A stretch of 63,515 nt of DNA, counting the filler, from Phoronis australis (taxonomy: Eukaryota > Animalia > Phoronida), in NCBI GenBank assembly GCA_002633005.1. It is 7 parts of 7 records of this genome, joined end to end, with 100 filler letters (N's around TTAATTAATTAA, not from the genome) between each part and the next. Parts side by side here need not be neighbours in the genome. Positions count along the whole stretch, not along the records: positions 1 to 14,254 come from NMRA01001011.1; 6 more parts are not named here. One strand, 5' to 3'. Below are positions 1 to 11,514 of the stretch, in pieces; positions within the stretch are counted from its first letter, which is position 1, and each line of letters opens with the position of its first letter. The translations under genes and the position numbers were made by a program. The notes beneath the pieces were generated by a model. The model ran no database searches, was not told the origin of the DNA, and saw nothing but the letters and a program-made list of their open reading frames with translations.

Positions 1-2050
1 ACACCGCAAACGGAGTACTTCTAGGGTTGTTTATTTGTTTCACAAAAATAGCCACCAGAGGGCAAAAAAAATCCAATCTATCTGAAAATGGGTAAATGCC
101 ATCGCTTTTTAAATAGAAAGCTATTTAGCAAATTTCATAAAAATCTGCCAAGGAACTTCAGAAAAACAAAGGAAAACAAAAACTAATGAAATTGCCAATT
201 TGGGATACAGCCTTCATTGGATCCGCTTGAAAGATGTCGTCATCTGTTGTTAGCTTCATATAAATACAATTACTAAATTTAATAAAGATCCTGCAGTGAG
301 TTTAGGAGATGCAGCTATGGTCACAAAATAAAACAAAACTACCACTAGGAGACGCTACAGTAGTCGAATGCATTATTGTCAACAAATACACCAATTTTCA
401 GCCATCCTCAGAATATTTTATTTAATCAAGGGTTGGAGGCACAAAAACAAGACTCAAAAACAGGAAAAATGGCCACTAGGTGGCGCAAAATTTCCTCAAT
501 TCCATCCGAAAACGGGAGGATAGCATCATCTCAAAAATAAAATGCCTATATTCTAAACTTTCTGAGGACCTTTGAAGACACAGAGGTAAGCCTAAAAAAT
601 GAAAATTGCCACTAGGGGGCACACTGGTAATCAGATCCATCCGAAAGTTGTTGCTATCCGTTGTTAACATCATATAAATACACTTGCTAAATTTAGAAAA
701 GATGCTGCAAATGGTTTAGGAGATACAGCCATGGGCGCAAAAAAACAAAGCTGCCACTAGGAGTCATTGGTAAATCATCGTCACCTTCGTAGTAAGAACA
801 TACATGCCAATTTTCACAATCATCCTTAGTGTGGTTTGGTTGATAGAGTGGTGGACACCAAAAAAAGAACAGTAAAAATGGCCACTACATGGTGCAAACT
901 ATGTCAAATCCATTTGAAAATAGGAGGATAGCTTCATCTCACTAATATTTCCTCCATATTTCAAATTTCATGAAAATATATTGAGGACCTTTCAAGATAC
1001 AAAGGTAAACACAAATTGCCACTAGGGGGCACACCGGTAGTCAGATTTGTCTGAAAGTTGTATTCATCCCTTGTCAACATCATACAAATGCACTTGCAGA
1101 ATTTAGTAAAGATCCTAACAACGGTTTAGGAGATACAGCNATCGTCAGCTTCGTAGTAAGAACATACATGCCAATTTTCACAATCATCCTTAGTGCGGTT
1201 TGGTTGATAGAGTGGTAGACACCAAAAAACAGACTAAAGAACAGTAAAAATGGCCACTACGTAGTGCAAACTACGTCAAATCCATCCGAAAATGGGAGGA
1301 TAGCTTCATCTCACTAATATTTCCTCCATATTTCAAATTTTATGAAAATATATTGAGGACCTTTCAAGATACAAAGGTAAACATAAATTGCCACTAGGGG
1401 CACACCGGTAGTTGTCTTCATCCCTTGTCAACATCATACAAATACACTTGCAGAATTTAGCAAAGATCCTACCAACGGTTTAGGAGATACAGCCATGGGC
1501 GCAAAAAGAGACAAAACTGCCACTAGGAGGTGCCACAGTAGTCGAAATTGTTGGAAAATCATCGTCAGTCGTCATTTTCATAATAAAAACATACATGCCA
1601 ATTTCCAGGATCACCTTTAGAGCGGTTTGGTTGATAGAGGGGTGTAGGCCAAAAATTAGACCCGAAAACAGCAAAAATGTTACCTAGGTGCCGCAAACTT
1701 CGTCAAATCCATCCAAAAACCAGAGGATAGCGTCATCTCACCAACAGATGCAAAATGCCAAATTTTATGAAAATACGTTTAGGACCTTTGAAGATATAGA
1801 GATAAGCATAAAAAATTAAAAATTCCCACTAGGGAGCACACCAGTTGTCGGATCTGTCCAAAAGTTTGCTCATACCGTCCCATCCATGATAGGAACATAT
1901 GTGCAAAATTTCATGACGTACGTCAACGGGTTTTGGAGATAAAGCAGCAGACGCCAGACGGACGCCAGACGGACGCCGGACAGACGCCGGAAAGACTGGC
2001 GGAGATGACAGCATAATGAGTCCACATATAAATATGTGGGCGCATAAAAA
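1..2050 (+). mobile_element. Helentron/HINE (DINE-1/pearl-like) non-autonomous element with internal tandem repeats, copy 1 (5' end just outside the window)
   Basis: ~150-bp monomer array, then a GACG/GACA-type microsatellite (~1950-2005), then the 3' stem-loop ATGAGTCCACATATAAATATGTGGGCGCAT followed by AAAAA. Bases 1-63 resemble the 5' end of copy 3 (~11555-11615). Confidence 0.75.
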
Positions 2051-2059
2051 TCTGAGACG

Positions 2060-3505
2060 GAGCTTCAGAGAAAGAAAAGAAAATGGAAAAAATGAAATTG
2101 TCACTATCGGAATGAAAGAAGTCGTCTGTTGTTAGCTTCATATAAATACAATATTACTAAATTTAATGAAGATCATGCAGTGTGTTAAGGAGATGCAGTT
2201 ATGGGCGCAAAACAAAACTATCACTAGGAGGCACCACAGAAGTCGAATTTGTTAAAGTCAACTGGCGTCTTCACTCTGAGAACATACACACAAATTTTCA
2301 AAATCATCCTTAGAAAGGTTTGGTTGATCGAGGGCTGGACGCCAATAAACATAGTAAAAAACAGTAAAAAATGACAACTAGGTGGCACAAAGTACCTAGA
2401 TTCCATCTGAAAATGAAATTGCCACTAGGGGGCACACTGGTAGTCAGATCCGTACAAAAATTGTTGTTAAACTTTGTGAACATAATTTAAATACACTTGC
2501 TATATTTAGCAAAGATACTGCAAACGGTTTAGGAGATAAAGCCATGGGCGCAAAAAAACAAAACTGCCACAAGGAAGCGCCACAGTAGTCGAAGTCGTTA
2601 GAAAATCATTGTTACTTTTGTAGTAAGAACATACATGCCAATTTTGACAATCATCCTTAGAGTTGTTTGATTGATAGAGGGGTGGACACCAAAAAAAGAG
2701 ACTGAAAACAGTAAAAATGGCCTCTAGGTGGCACAAACTACATCAAATCCATCCGAATACGGGATGATAGCGTCATCCCACAAATAGATGCCTATAAGCC
2801 AAATTTTATGACAATACGTTGAGGTCCTTTGAAGATACACAGGTAAGTGTAAAATGAAATTGCCACTAGAGGGTACACCATTAGTCAGATGCGTCTGAAA
2901 GTCGTCGTCATACATGCTAAATTTAGTAAAGATCCTGTGAACGGTTTAGGAGATACAGACATGGGCGCAAGAAAAAACTTAACTGCAACGAGGAGGCGTC
3001 ACAGTAGACGAAATCGTTGGAAAATCGTCAGCCGTCCTCTTCGTAGTAAAAACTTACATGCCAATTTCCACAATCATCCTTAGAGCGATTTGGTTGATAG
3101 AGGGGTGGACGCCAAACATCAGACTTGAAAACAGCAAAAATTGCCACTAGGTGGAAAAAAACTTTGTTGAATCCATCTGAAAACGGAAGGATAGCGTCAT
3201 CTCATTAATAGATGCCTATATGCTAAATTTTATGCAAATACATTGAAGACCTTTGAAGATATAGAGGTAAGCGTAACAAACTAAAATTGCCACTAGGGGG
3301 CACACCAGTAGTCGGATCCGTCTGAAAGTTCGCTCAGGCCGTCTTTATCTATGAAAGGAACATCATATGTGCTAAATTTCATGAACGTACGCAAAAGGGT
3401 TTTGGAGATAGAGCAGCGGATTCCAGGCGGACGGACACTGAACGGACGGAATAACGGCGTTGAAGGCATAATGTGTCCAAATACAAATATGTGGGCACAT
3501 AAAAA
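2060..3505 (+). mobile_element. Helentron/HINE-like element, copy 2 (head-to-tail with copy 1, lacks the 5' terminus)
   Basis: Same monomer array, GGAC microsatellite remnant at ~3425-3450, and 3' hairpin ATGTGTCCAAATACAAATATGTGGGCACAT-AAAAA. Confidence 0.72.
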
Positions 3506-4149
3506 GGGAAGACGCTGACATCATCATCAGAGTCGTCTTCCCTCACGACAGACAAAGTGAATTAAGAACTCAAGAAAGTTACTACCATAAGGTGGCTAAG
3601 CCATTTTGTAATTAGAGTTTTGCTCCCCCAATAGTTATCACCAGCCATTTTCGTTGTTAACAGAATAAGCTGTAACAACGGAAAAAGGGTATTTTGTTCG
3701 ATAACTTTTGTCTTGGTTACCTGATTGTTCCCACTGGAACTGTAGTCCAAGGAACTCATGAACTTGAGGAGGACCGTAAGGAAGTTGGGATCGTTGATGA
3801 TGGTATGTCCAATCCATCTGTCTGGCCAGTCTCCACTACGACGACCGAGTAGGGTAAGTGCCTGACAAAACACGTGATAAATATTTACATGGTACCCACA
3901 GCATTGACGAAATTCCGTGCTAAAAAACTGGCAATTACCAGCCCCTTAACAGCAAAAAATAAACATTTAATTTATTTTAGCTTAAATTTTTGACAAGTTA
4001 TAAACAACATGACTGTGAGCAATGTTACTGACAAAATAGTGTAGGACACTGTTAACTAAGAAAAATCAAGAACTAGTGTATAGCATGGGTGAGAATTGTA
4101 CCAACAGTTTTAAAAAAATTGTACAATATAGGCATTTTTAATTAATATA

Positions 4150-4470
4150 AAACTAATAACAAATATAAACAATTTCCTGACGCGATTGAGCAAACCTGAA
4201 AGGCCAACACCTATGTGTGCACAGAGACCTCTGGGAACCAGGCAAGTGCAGCCAAGAGACTGGTGACAGAGATGTGGTTTAGTTGGATACTAGGCACATG
4301 TGAAGTCTCAAACTTAGCCATGGCACCACCAGGTGTAGCTCTAGTGGTGGTGCTATCGTCATGGGCATCGTCATTCAGCCCCAACCATAGTTTGAGTATA
4401 GTGTCAACATTGACAGTGGAGCTGTAGTAAACTGAACACCTGATCAAAACAAAGGCTCAACATTTCGCCA
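4150..4470 (-). pseudogene. BIRC6: Second, diverged copy of the 3' part of the BIRC6 exon at 4576-5011
   Basis: Direct repeat of ~4550-4835 across the single n at 4547. Shares the Trp-to-TAG stop but has different indels. Confidence 0.7.
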
Positions 4471-5967
4471 GCATGTCGTGAACACATCCACTAAAACAAG
4501 AAACTGTAGGAACACCGCATTTATCCACCTTCACTCTTATCAGGCTNAAGAATTTTCTGACGAGGTTTAGCAAACCTGAAAGGCCAACACCTATGTTTGC
4601 ACAGAGACCACTGGGGACCAGGATAGTGCAGCCAAGAGACTGGTGACAGAGCTGTGGTTTAGTTGGATACTAGGCAAATGTGAAGTCTCAAACTAAGCCA
4701 TGGCACCACCAGGTGTAGCTCTAGCGGTGGTGCCATCGTCATGCCCCAACCATAGTTTGAGTATAGTGTCAACATTGACACAGTGGAGCTGTAGTAAACT
4801 GAACACCTGATCAAAGCAAAGGCTCAACATCTCGCCAGATGGTATAGTCTGGTAGGTGTCGCTACCAGAGGTTTCAACATGCAGCGAGTCATCGACTGTG
4901 GCAGTGGTGGGTGGTGATTGGCTATCATTGACCTTTGCTTGAGATGGGGGTAGGGCAGTGACCAGAGCATTATGCACTTCTGCTTCCATAGATGCTAAGA
5001 ACTGCAATTGCCTGCAAAGCCAGTTAACATTCTGGTGTGAGGACTGATATTATGTAGCAGCTTACCCTTCCCAAAACACACCAGGTGTACACGCTTCCTC
5101 AAAATATCACTCACTTTTTAAACTCCAAGTTCATAAACTCCCAAAACAGACATCCTTGTAATGTGAATTAATTAAAACCACTGCAGATCTGTCCACTAGC
5201 CACAGTAGGGGAGTAACACATTTATACACAAATTCTGATTCAGAAAGACAGCAATATCTCCATGCATCTAGAAAACAATTAAAACCTTAGTCTAATTTGC
5301 TCGTAACGGACAGGATAACAGTGCCAAAATAACTGTCTTCTTCGTTAGTACCACAACAGAATTGCAACACACATTTTTAATAATTACTGCACCAAGTTAT
5401 TCAATAAATTCAAAAGAAGTGTGAATTGTCCCATTGAAGAGCCACCTACCTTAACCCTGAGTTCAGCACAACAGTCCACACCATATTCTAGTCTAGCATC
5501 CAGCGCTGTGGACACACAGGCCAGTCCAGCACCATCATTACGGTGAGATGCCAAAGGAACTTCATTCTTTTCCTTGAGTGAATTGTTGGGCTTTTTCATA
5601 CTATTTGCAGTCATACTACTCTGGACATTGTACCTACAGAAACACATTGGCCAAATATTAAGAGTAGCTACACTCTGCGTCATTTGCAAACTTAACATAG
5701 ACGCTGACAAGTATCTTCTTATCTGAAAATGGGTTAAAGCTTGGAGAAATTTTAGTTTTTTGTTAACACTTTCACTGGAAGATTATTTGTTGGTGGCATG
5801 TTACGAAACCTTCAAGAAAACATGCGCATTACATTGTATTATGATGTGTTACAACACCATATTGATGGTTCACAAAGGGTTTTGGTTGAAATTCAGAATC
5901 ATTCCCCAGCTAATATGATGTCTGGTCTGAATTTTGTAGGCTGAATCAGAATAGCTTTGTATTTGAG

Positions 5968-6180
5968 CAGGGCCGTAGGAAGTGAGGGGCCGGTGGGGGG
6001 GCATAGGCCCCCAAAAGTTTTCAGGCGTCAGGGTTAAACCGTGGCAACAANTCTGAATTTTGTAGGCTGAATCAGAATAGCTTTGTATTTGAGCAGGGTC
6101 GTAGGAAGTGAGGGGCCGGTGGGGGGGGCATAGGCCCCCAAAAGTTTTCAGGCGTCAGGGTTAAACCGTGGCAACAACCT
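5968..6180 (+). mobile_element. Probable MITE terminus (CAGGGCCGTA..., hAT-like), duplicated around n6051
   Basis: CAGGGCCGTAGGAAG...GGGGGCATAGGCCCCC terminal motif, present twice in near-identical form. Confidence 0.4.
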
Positions 6181-7020
6181 AAGGATGGGGCGGGGACAGT
6201 CGAGAATAGAAAGACTGCTAAATGCGGATAAGAGAGAAAATTCATGATGACATTTTACAACTCTATATCAGTGCATGATTTACCTTTTGAGGACCCTGGA
6301 CATGACATTGTTGGGGTCTCCGCTTCACAGCACAGGTTGTCAAAACCCACTTGGAAACGTGTACATAATCATTCACACACTCATTTTGAAAAACAGAAAA
6401 AATTTGTAACGAGAAGCTTTTGCAGAGCATATTTATTTACTGGCTTTTTTAAATTCAGTAATTCAATTTTGCGACTGCAAAACCATATTTTTCCAGAGAC
6501 CCCTCTTAGGCAAAAAATAACGGAGAAGACTGTCGCTTTTTTTCTCGAATTGTATATCACTTCAGAAAAATTTGAAACCCAGACGTTGAAGTGTGTACAT
6601 TTTTTGGACACACTCTGTATCATTTTCCCCAGCAACTAGAAACTGGACTACCGCCTGTGTTTCATCAAGGGATTCTGAAACGGCCACAAAGGCACTCATA
6701 CCAGGTACCTTAGGACCTCACCTTTCCAAAAATTACTTCAAAGAATCCCAATAATAAAATGAAGTTTTCCTGAAAATGGATCATAATAAAAGGAACCTTG
6801 ACCCTCGACCCAGCTATAGTTTCTAAATGCAACTCCCAGCTACCCGTCAGTGCACTCGGGGCCTAGAAGCATTCTTACTCTCCATGAATCTTTGTTGGTT
6901 TGTTGGTTCACGGTTACTCAAATCCTTATGGCTGCATCCCCGGTATTACCCCCACCTATGGCGGATGTGGGGTGGGGTTCGGTACAAATATGGTGACATC
7001 CAGAAAACGGGGGGGGGGGG

Positions 7021-7666
7021 NNNNNNNNNNNNNNNNNNNNNNNNNNNNNNNNNNNNNNNNNNNNNNNNNNNNNNNNNNNNNNNNNNNNNNNNNNNNNNNN
7101 NNNNNNNNNNNNNNNNNNNNNNNNNNNNNNNNNNNNNNNNNNNNNNNNNNNNNNNNNNNNNNNNNNNNNNNNNNNNNNNNNNNNNNNNNNNNNNNNNNNN
7201 NNNNNNNNNNNNNNNNNNNNNNNNNNNNNNNNNNNNNNNNNNNNNNNNNNNNNNNNNNNNNNNNNNNNNNNNNNNNNNNNNNNNNNNNNNNNNNNNNNNN
7301 NNNNNNNNNNNNNNNNNNNNNNNNNNNNNNNNNNNNNNNNNNNNNNNNNNNNNNNNNNNNNNNNNNNNNNNNNNNNNNNNNNNNNNNNNNNNNNNNNNNN
7401 NNNNNNNNNNNNNNNNNNNNNNNNNNNNNNNNNNNNNNNNNNNNNNNNNNNNNNNNNNNNNNNNNNNNNNNNNNNNNNNNNNNNNNNNNNNNNNNNNNNN
7501 NNNNNNNNNNNNNNNNNNNNNNNNNNNNNNNNNNNNNNNNNNNNNNNNNNNNNNNNNNNNNNNNNNNNNNNNNNNNNNNNNNNNNNNNNNNNNNNNNNNN
7601 NNNNNNNNNNNNNNNNNNNNNNNNNNNNNNNNNNNNNNNNNNNNNNNNNNNNNNNNNNNNNNNNNN
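7021..7666. other. Assembly gap (N run)
   Basis: Run of n; the ORFs spanning it are artefacts. Confidence 0.99.
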
Positions 7667-10600
7667 GTGATACTCTTCCAGTCAGGTACCGAGGTGCTGT
7701 TTGTGTTAACGTCGGTAGACTTGGGCTCCCCGGTGATGTACTCATGTAATTTGTTGTCACCACATCGTCGTATGCATCTCCCAGCAGGAGGTCCATAAAC
7801 AGAGACGTCTCCTTGTCATACTTCTCTCCTTTTTTTGGTTCAGGCAATGCTAAAAGTAAGGAGATGCATTCAGGATAAAACATTCTTCACAGAAAGAAAG
7901 AACTAAAGCATTCAAGTGCAAATAGGATTTGAGAAACTTGATCCAGAAATTAAACTAAGGTTGGTAAGAAAAAGCAGACAAAATCTTTTGGAGTACAGAG
8001 AGTAGGTGACTGGATGTATTTTATTCCAGAATGATGATCTATCATAATATATCTCTGCATATCAACAGAGTACAGGGTAAAATCCTCATCAGTATTACCC
8101 TATCAATCATAGAATACTGGTAGTTAAGTGTGAATAACTAACCACTAGCGCCAGCAGTTGCTTCATTTTCAACAACAATGATTGGCTGGTCCTCATCGTC
8201 ACCTGCCGAAGGACTCTCTTGGTCCTGGGAACCTTCACTCGGCGAAAGGTGGGAGGTTTCATTGTCGGTGACAACCTCATACACGGTTGTAGGTGGATAC
8301 AGCTTTTCACCTGAAGTACCCAAAAAGTTTTCAATTAAAAGTTTCTGCATCCGTCGCATATTGCATGACATTTTCATCATGTAAAAAATATAAAATATGT
8401 CTATTGCATTCCACCATTATCACTCAGCAACAGCAAGATGTGAAAGCAACACTAAAGCCTGACCCATTTGCTCGACAAACACAGTTCACCGATACACTGG
8501 TATGACTCAGACACCGTGCCCGACTCACAAGACACTGCTGACGTAGCCAAAAAAACAGCTGCTGGCTCACAGACAGGAAGTCCGTGCACTGTGTTTGTGA
8601 GTCTAGGAACCAGAATATGAGTCAGTAAACTGAGTGAGTCATAATTATGGGTGAGGAACTTTGTTCATGCGTGTGCCAGAAGAACGTAATTCTTGCACAC
8701 AAACCTACCTTCAAGAATATCTTGCAAAAGACAGACAATGGCATGCCCTGCCCACGGACCGCTCCAGCTAATGTTGCCATGGTTATACTCCACATTAGCG
8801 CACAGTAGGATAAGCTTCTGTAACTGTTCCTGTGCCATAGCCTCTGACAGACTGATGGCTGGCCGAGTGGTCGTTGTGATCTTTGCAATCACCTTGCAAC
8901 AACAATGAGACAATGCTTCAACTAAATTGACCAATACTTTAACAGAGTGTTCCTTCCTAAGGCAAAGAGCGCCTAGCTGAATGGCAACTTCTACATGAAT
9001 AATGACATGTGTCGAGACCACTGGTGCCCAGAACACATGATGACTGAACACTGGATCAGGCGTGTAGCAGCAACGTATTATAAACCACTTTTACAGTTCT
9101 GTAGTAATGTTACCAAGCAGCACTTCATGAACAAGGCTTTCTAAATTGTATATCTGCTAGCTTAAACCCCATGTCAAGTACAAATAACTACGGTCGTAAT
9201 AAATATACCATGGTGATAATAAAATATAAGAAACTATGGTAATAATAATAATACAGTTTCTGTATTATTTTAAAAAGTTGAGGAATTTCAATGCCGACTT
9301 TATGGTAAAAAGCCCAGAAAAAAGGGCAAAATATAGCACAAAATTAGCCCTAAATTTCTTCTCCGAATTTCTGCCTATTTTTGACAAGAAGATACGTCAT
9401 TAAACATTTTAGAAGATACTAAATTTTCGTTACTAAAATTCCATTTGAAAACTACGTGACACTTCCTTTACCTTGCAACCAAGAAAAGATCCACATTACA
9501 AGAGACAAGTGCCACAAGTTCATGAATAACACAGACACTTGTCGCGTGGCAGAACAATGCACAGATCAGGTAGCGGCTCTCCTTTACTGGCTGCAGAGTT
9601 GTCGCCATCTTTTGGCAGTTTATGGAGTAAATCTTCATCAGTGTGGCAAATCTGAATGATATCCTTAAGGGGCTGTGATGAGAACAAGTTGGGCAACATT
9701 AAATTAAGATTAGTGAAAGAAAAAATGTTTCCCAACGATATCAAACCTCGGAATTACATTTTCTTGTTTAATGTAACGGACATGCACAGCAATTTGTCGC
9801 TGTTTCGAAAATGTGCATGAGGCAACACTTAAGATTTTCTCGAGATTTAGCCAGAATTTAAATGGATTCCACTGGAAAATACATGGATATTAAATCATTG
9901 TTTTGTGTGCTGAAACTTTCGACATTGTCCATTTCATTTTGAAAACTACAGCACAAAGTGCAGAAATTTTCAATCAACATTTACAGTGAAACAGTTTTAG
10001 AAACTTTTACTGCTTAAAGTGAAATGCATGGGAAACCTCACAGAAAAATAAAACCATATCAAAAGCTTTCAATAAAAAAACACAAGTCGGACATAATAAG
10101 GTTTGACACGACAAAAACTAAAAACGAATATTACATGACCAACTAAAAACTAACATCATACTGACTTACTCCAAGACAGCTCTTGGCCAGAATTACTTTT
10201 CATCTAGTTATTCTATAGGAACCTTTCGTGATTTCCTTCTTGGTCACTGTTTTGCTGCAGCTAATGACGACCTTAATGACCTCAAAGACCAGGATAAGAT
10301 AAGTGCTCACCTTGGCTGAGTGCTGTTCCAATTGCTTAGGTAACACCTGGTCCCCATTCTGACTAAGCAGCTCCTCAGCCGCCTTCTTGCTGGCATCGTT
10401 CAGCTTCTGCACAAGATCCATCTCTTGCATTTTTGAGTCTAAACTGAAAAAGTATAGCTTTTAGAACAGTGGTTTTCAAAACTGATAAAACTACCTTCTT
10501 GTTGTAAAATCAACAAAATTTAGAAGGTGACTACAATTCATTTACGCTACCTTGGAGACAGAAAAGACAGCACAAGAAAAGTAATACACACCACAACAGT

Positions 10601-11514
10601 GAAACAGAACATAACAAGTAAAACTTTTTATGAGTTCCAAGTCATTTACACTGGCACTAATTATACACGACTTCAAAAAACACAGTTAATCAACAAAATT
10701 ATACAATAAAATCATTCTTTTCATCTTAATGACTCTCCGCCTTCTACATAATATGTGTGGCAGTTTAGTCTTTATTGGATATCCAGCTTCTGTTGTAAGT
10801 TTTAAAGAACGATAATATAAGACCTTTCACTGCATTTCATACACTCACTCTTGTGCATTGCAACATATGTTTTCTTTGCCTGTTCCAGGCTCAACAGCTG
10901 CTGTTTGTGATGCAGTAGGCGCTTGTGCAGTTTACAGCGGTACACCTTGCTAGAGGCGGCCAAGCGCAGCAGACCCTGACGTGTCTGAAGGGCACCCTCA
11001 CCCTGCAGGAAGTCCGACCGAGTGGAGCCACCCACACCACGTGTGCAGTTACCTGAAACAAGGTACAGCAGTGATCTCACCTGAATGCTTCACTGATGGT
11101 AGTTCTCCACACAGAGGGGGTAAGAAATGACACTGAATATCAACTTATAAAAATTGGCTAGAAATCTTAACAACAAACTAAGGAAATATTAAACAAAAAC
11201 AAAATTTTCAATGAAGATAAAAACAGTAGCTTCAGAGACACTTTGGACAGCAAATATTAACTTTTAAATTTCCAAAGGTGAGTTAAATTGGTGAAAAACA
11301 TTGATTCACACCAAGAAGGCGGTAACAGAATAAGATGTAAAACTTATTATATACCGTCTTTACTACTTTTCGCAGCACTTGAGTCATCCGTAGTGTTGCC
11401 TGTGTAACTGCCTGATGTTGTATTGTCAAGGATACGAGACAAAAATAGCAACATCCACGTGACAAGAGGCAGATCAAGGGTCACTGCAATTTCACAAAAA
11501 GCACTTCATTACGT

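Larger units (their letters stand above)
3721..11483 (-). pseudogene. BIRC6: Fragment of BIRC6/BRUCE (central region), intron-containing and disabled
   Basis: Exons (high to low): 11483-11355 TLDLPLVTWMLLFLSRILD; 11052-10849 KLHKRLLHHKQQLL; 10438-10311; 9672-9472 (frameshifted, ...VIHELVALVSCNVDLFLV); 8892-8709 VIAKITTTTRPAISLSE...NHGNISWSGPWAGHAIVCLLQDILEG; 8310-8143; 7849 into the gap; 5633-5450 ALDARLEYG; 5011-4576 MLSLCFDQVFSLLQLH; 3861-3721 INDPNFLTVLLKF. These follow my recollection of the human BIRC6 central region in order, with GT-AG boundaries. In-frame TAG codons at ~4591 and ~4211 (conserved Trp) and ~4693, plus indels. Confidence 0.8.

Noticed and set aside
476-3083. Many short similar ORFs (PPSG motifs), also at 11658-13597
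   Set aside because: Incidental translations of the non-coding tandem repeat; frames are not conserved between units.
6827-7883. 250-320-aa ORFs
   Set aside because: They read through an N gap; only the 7667-7849 part is a plausible BIRC6 exon.
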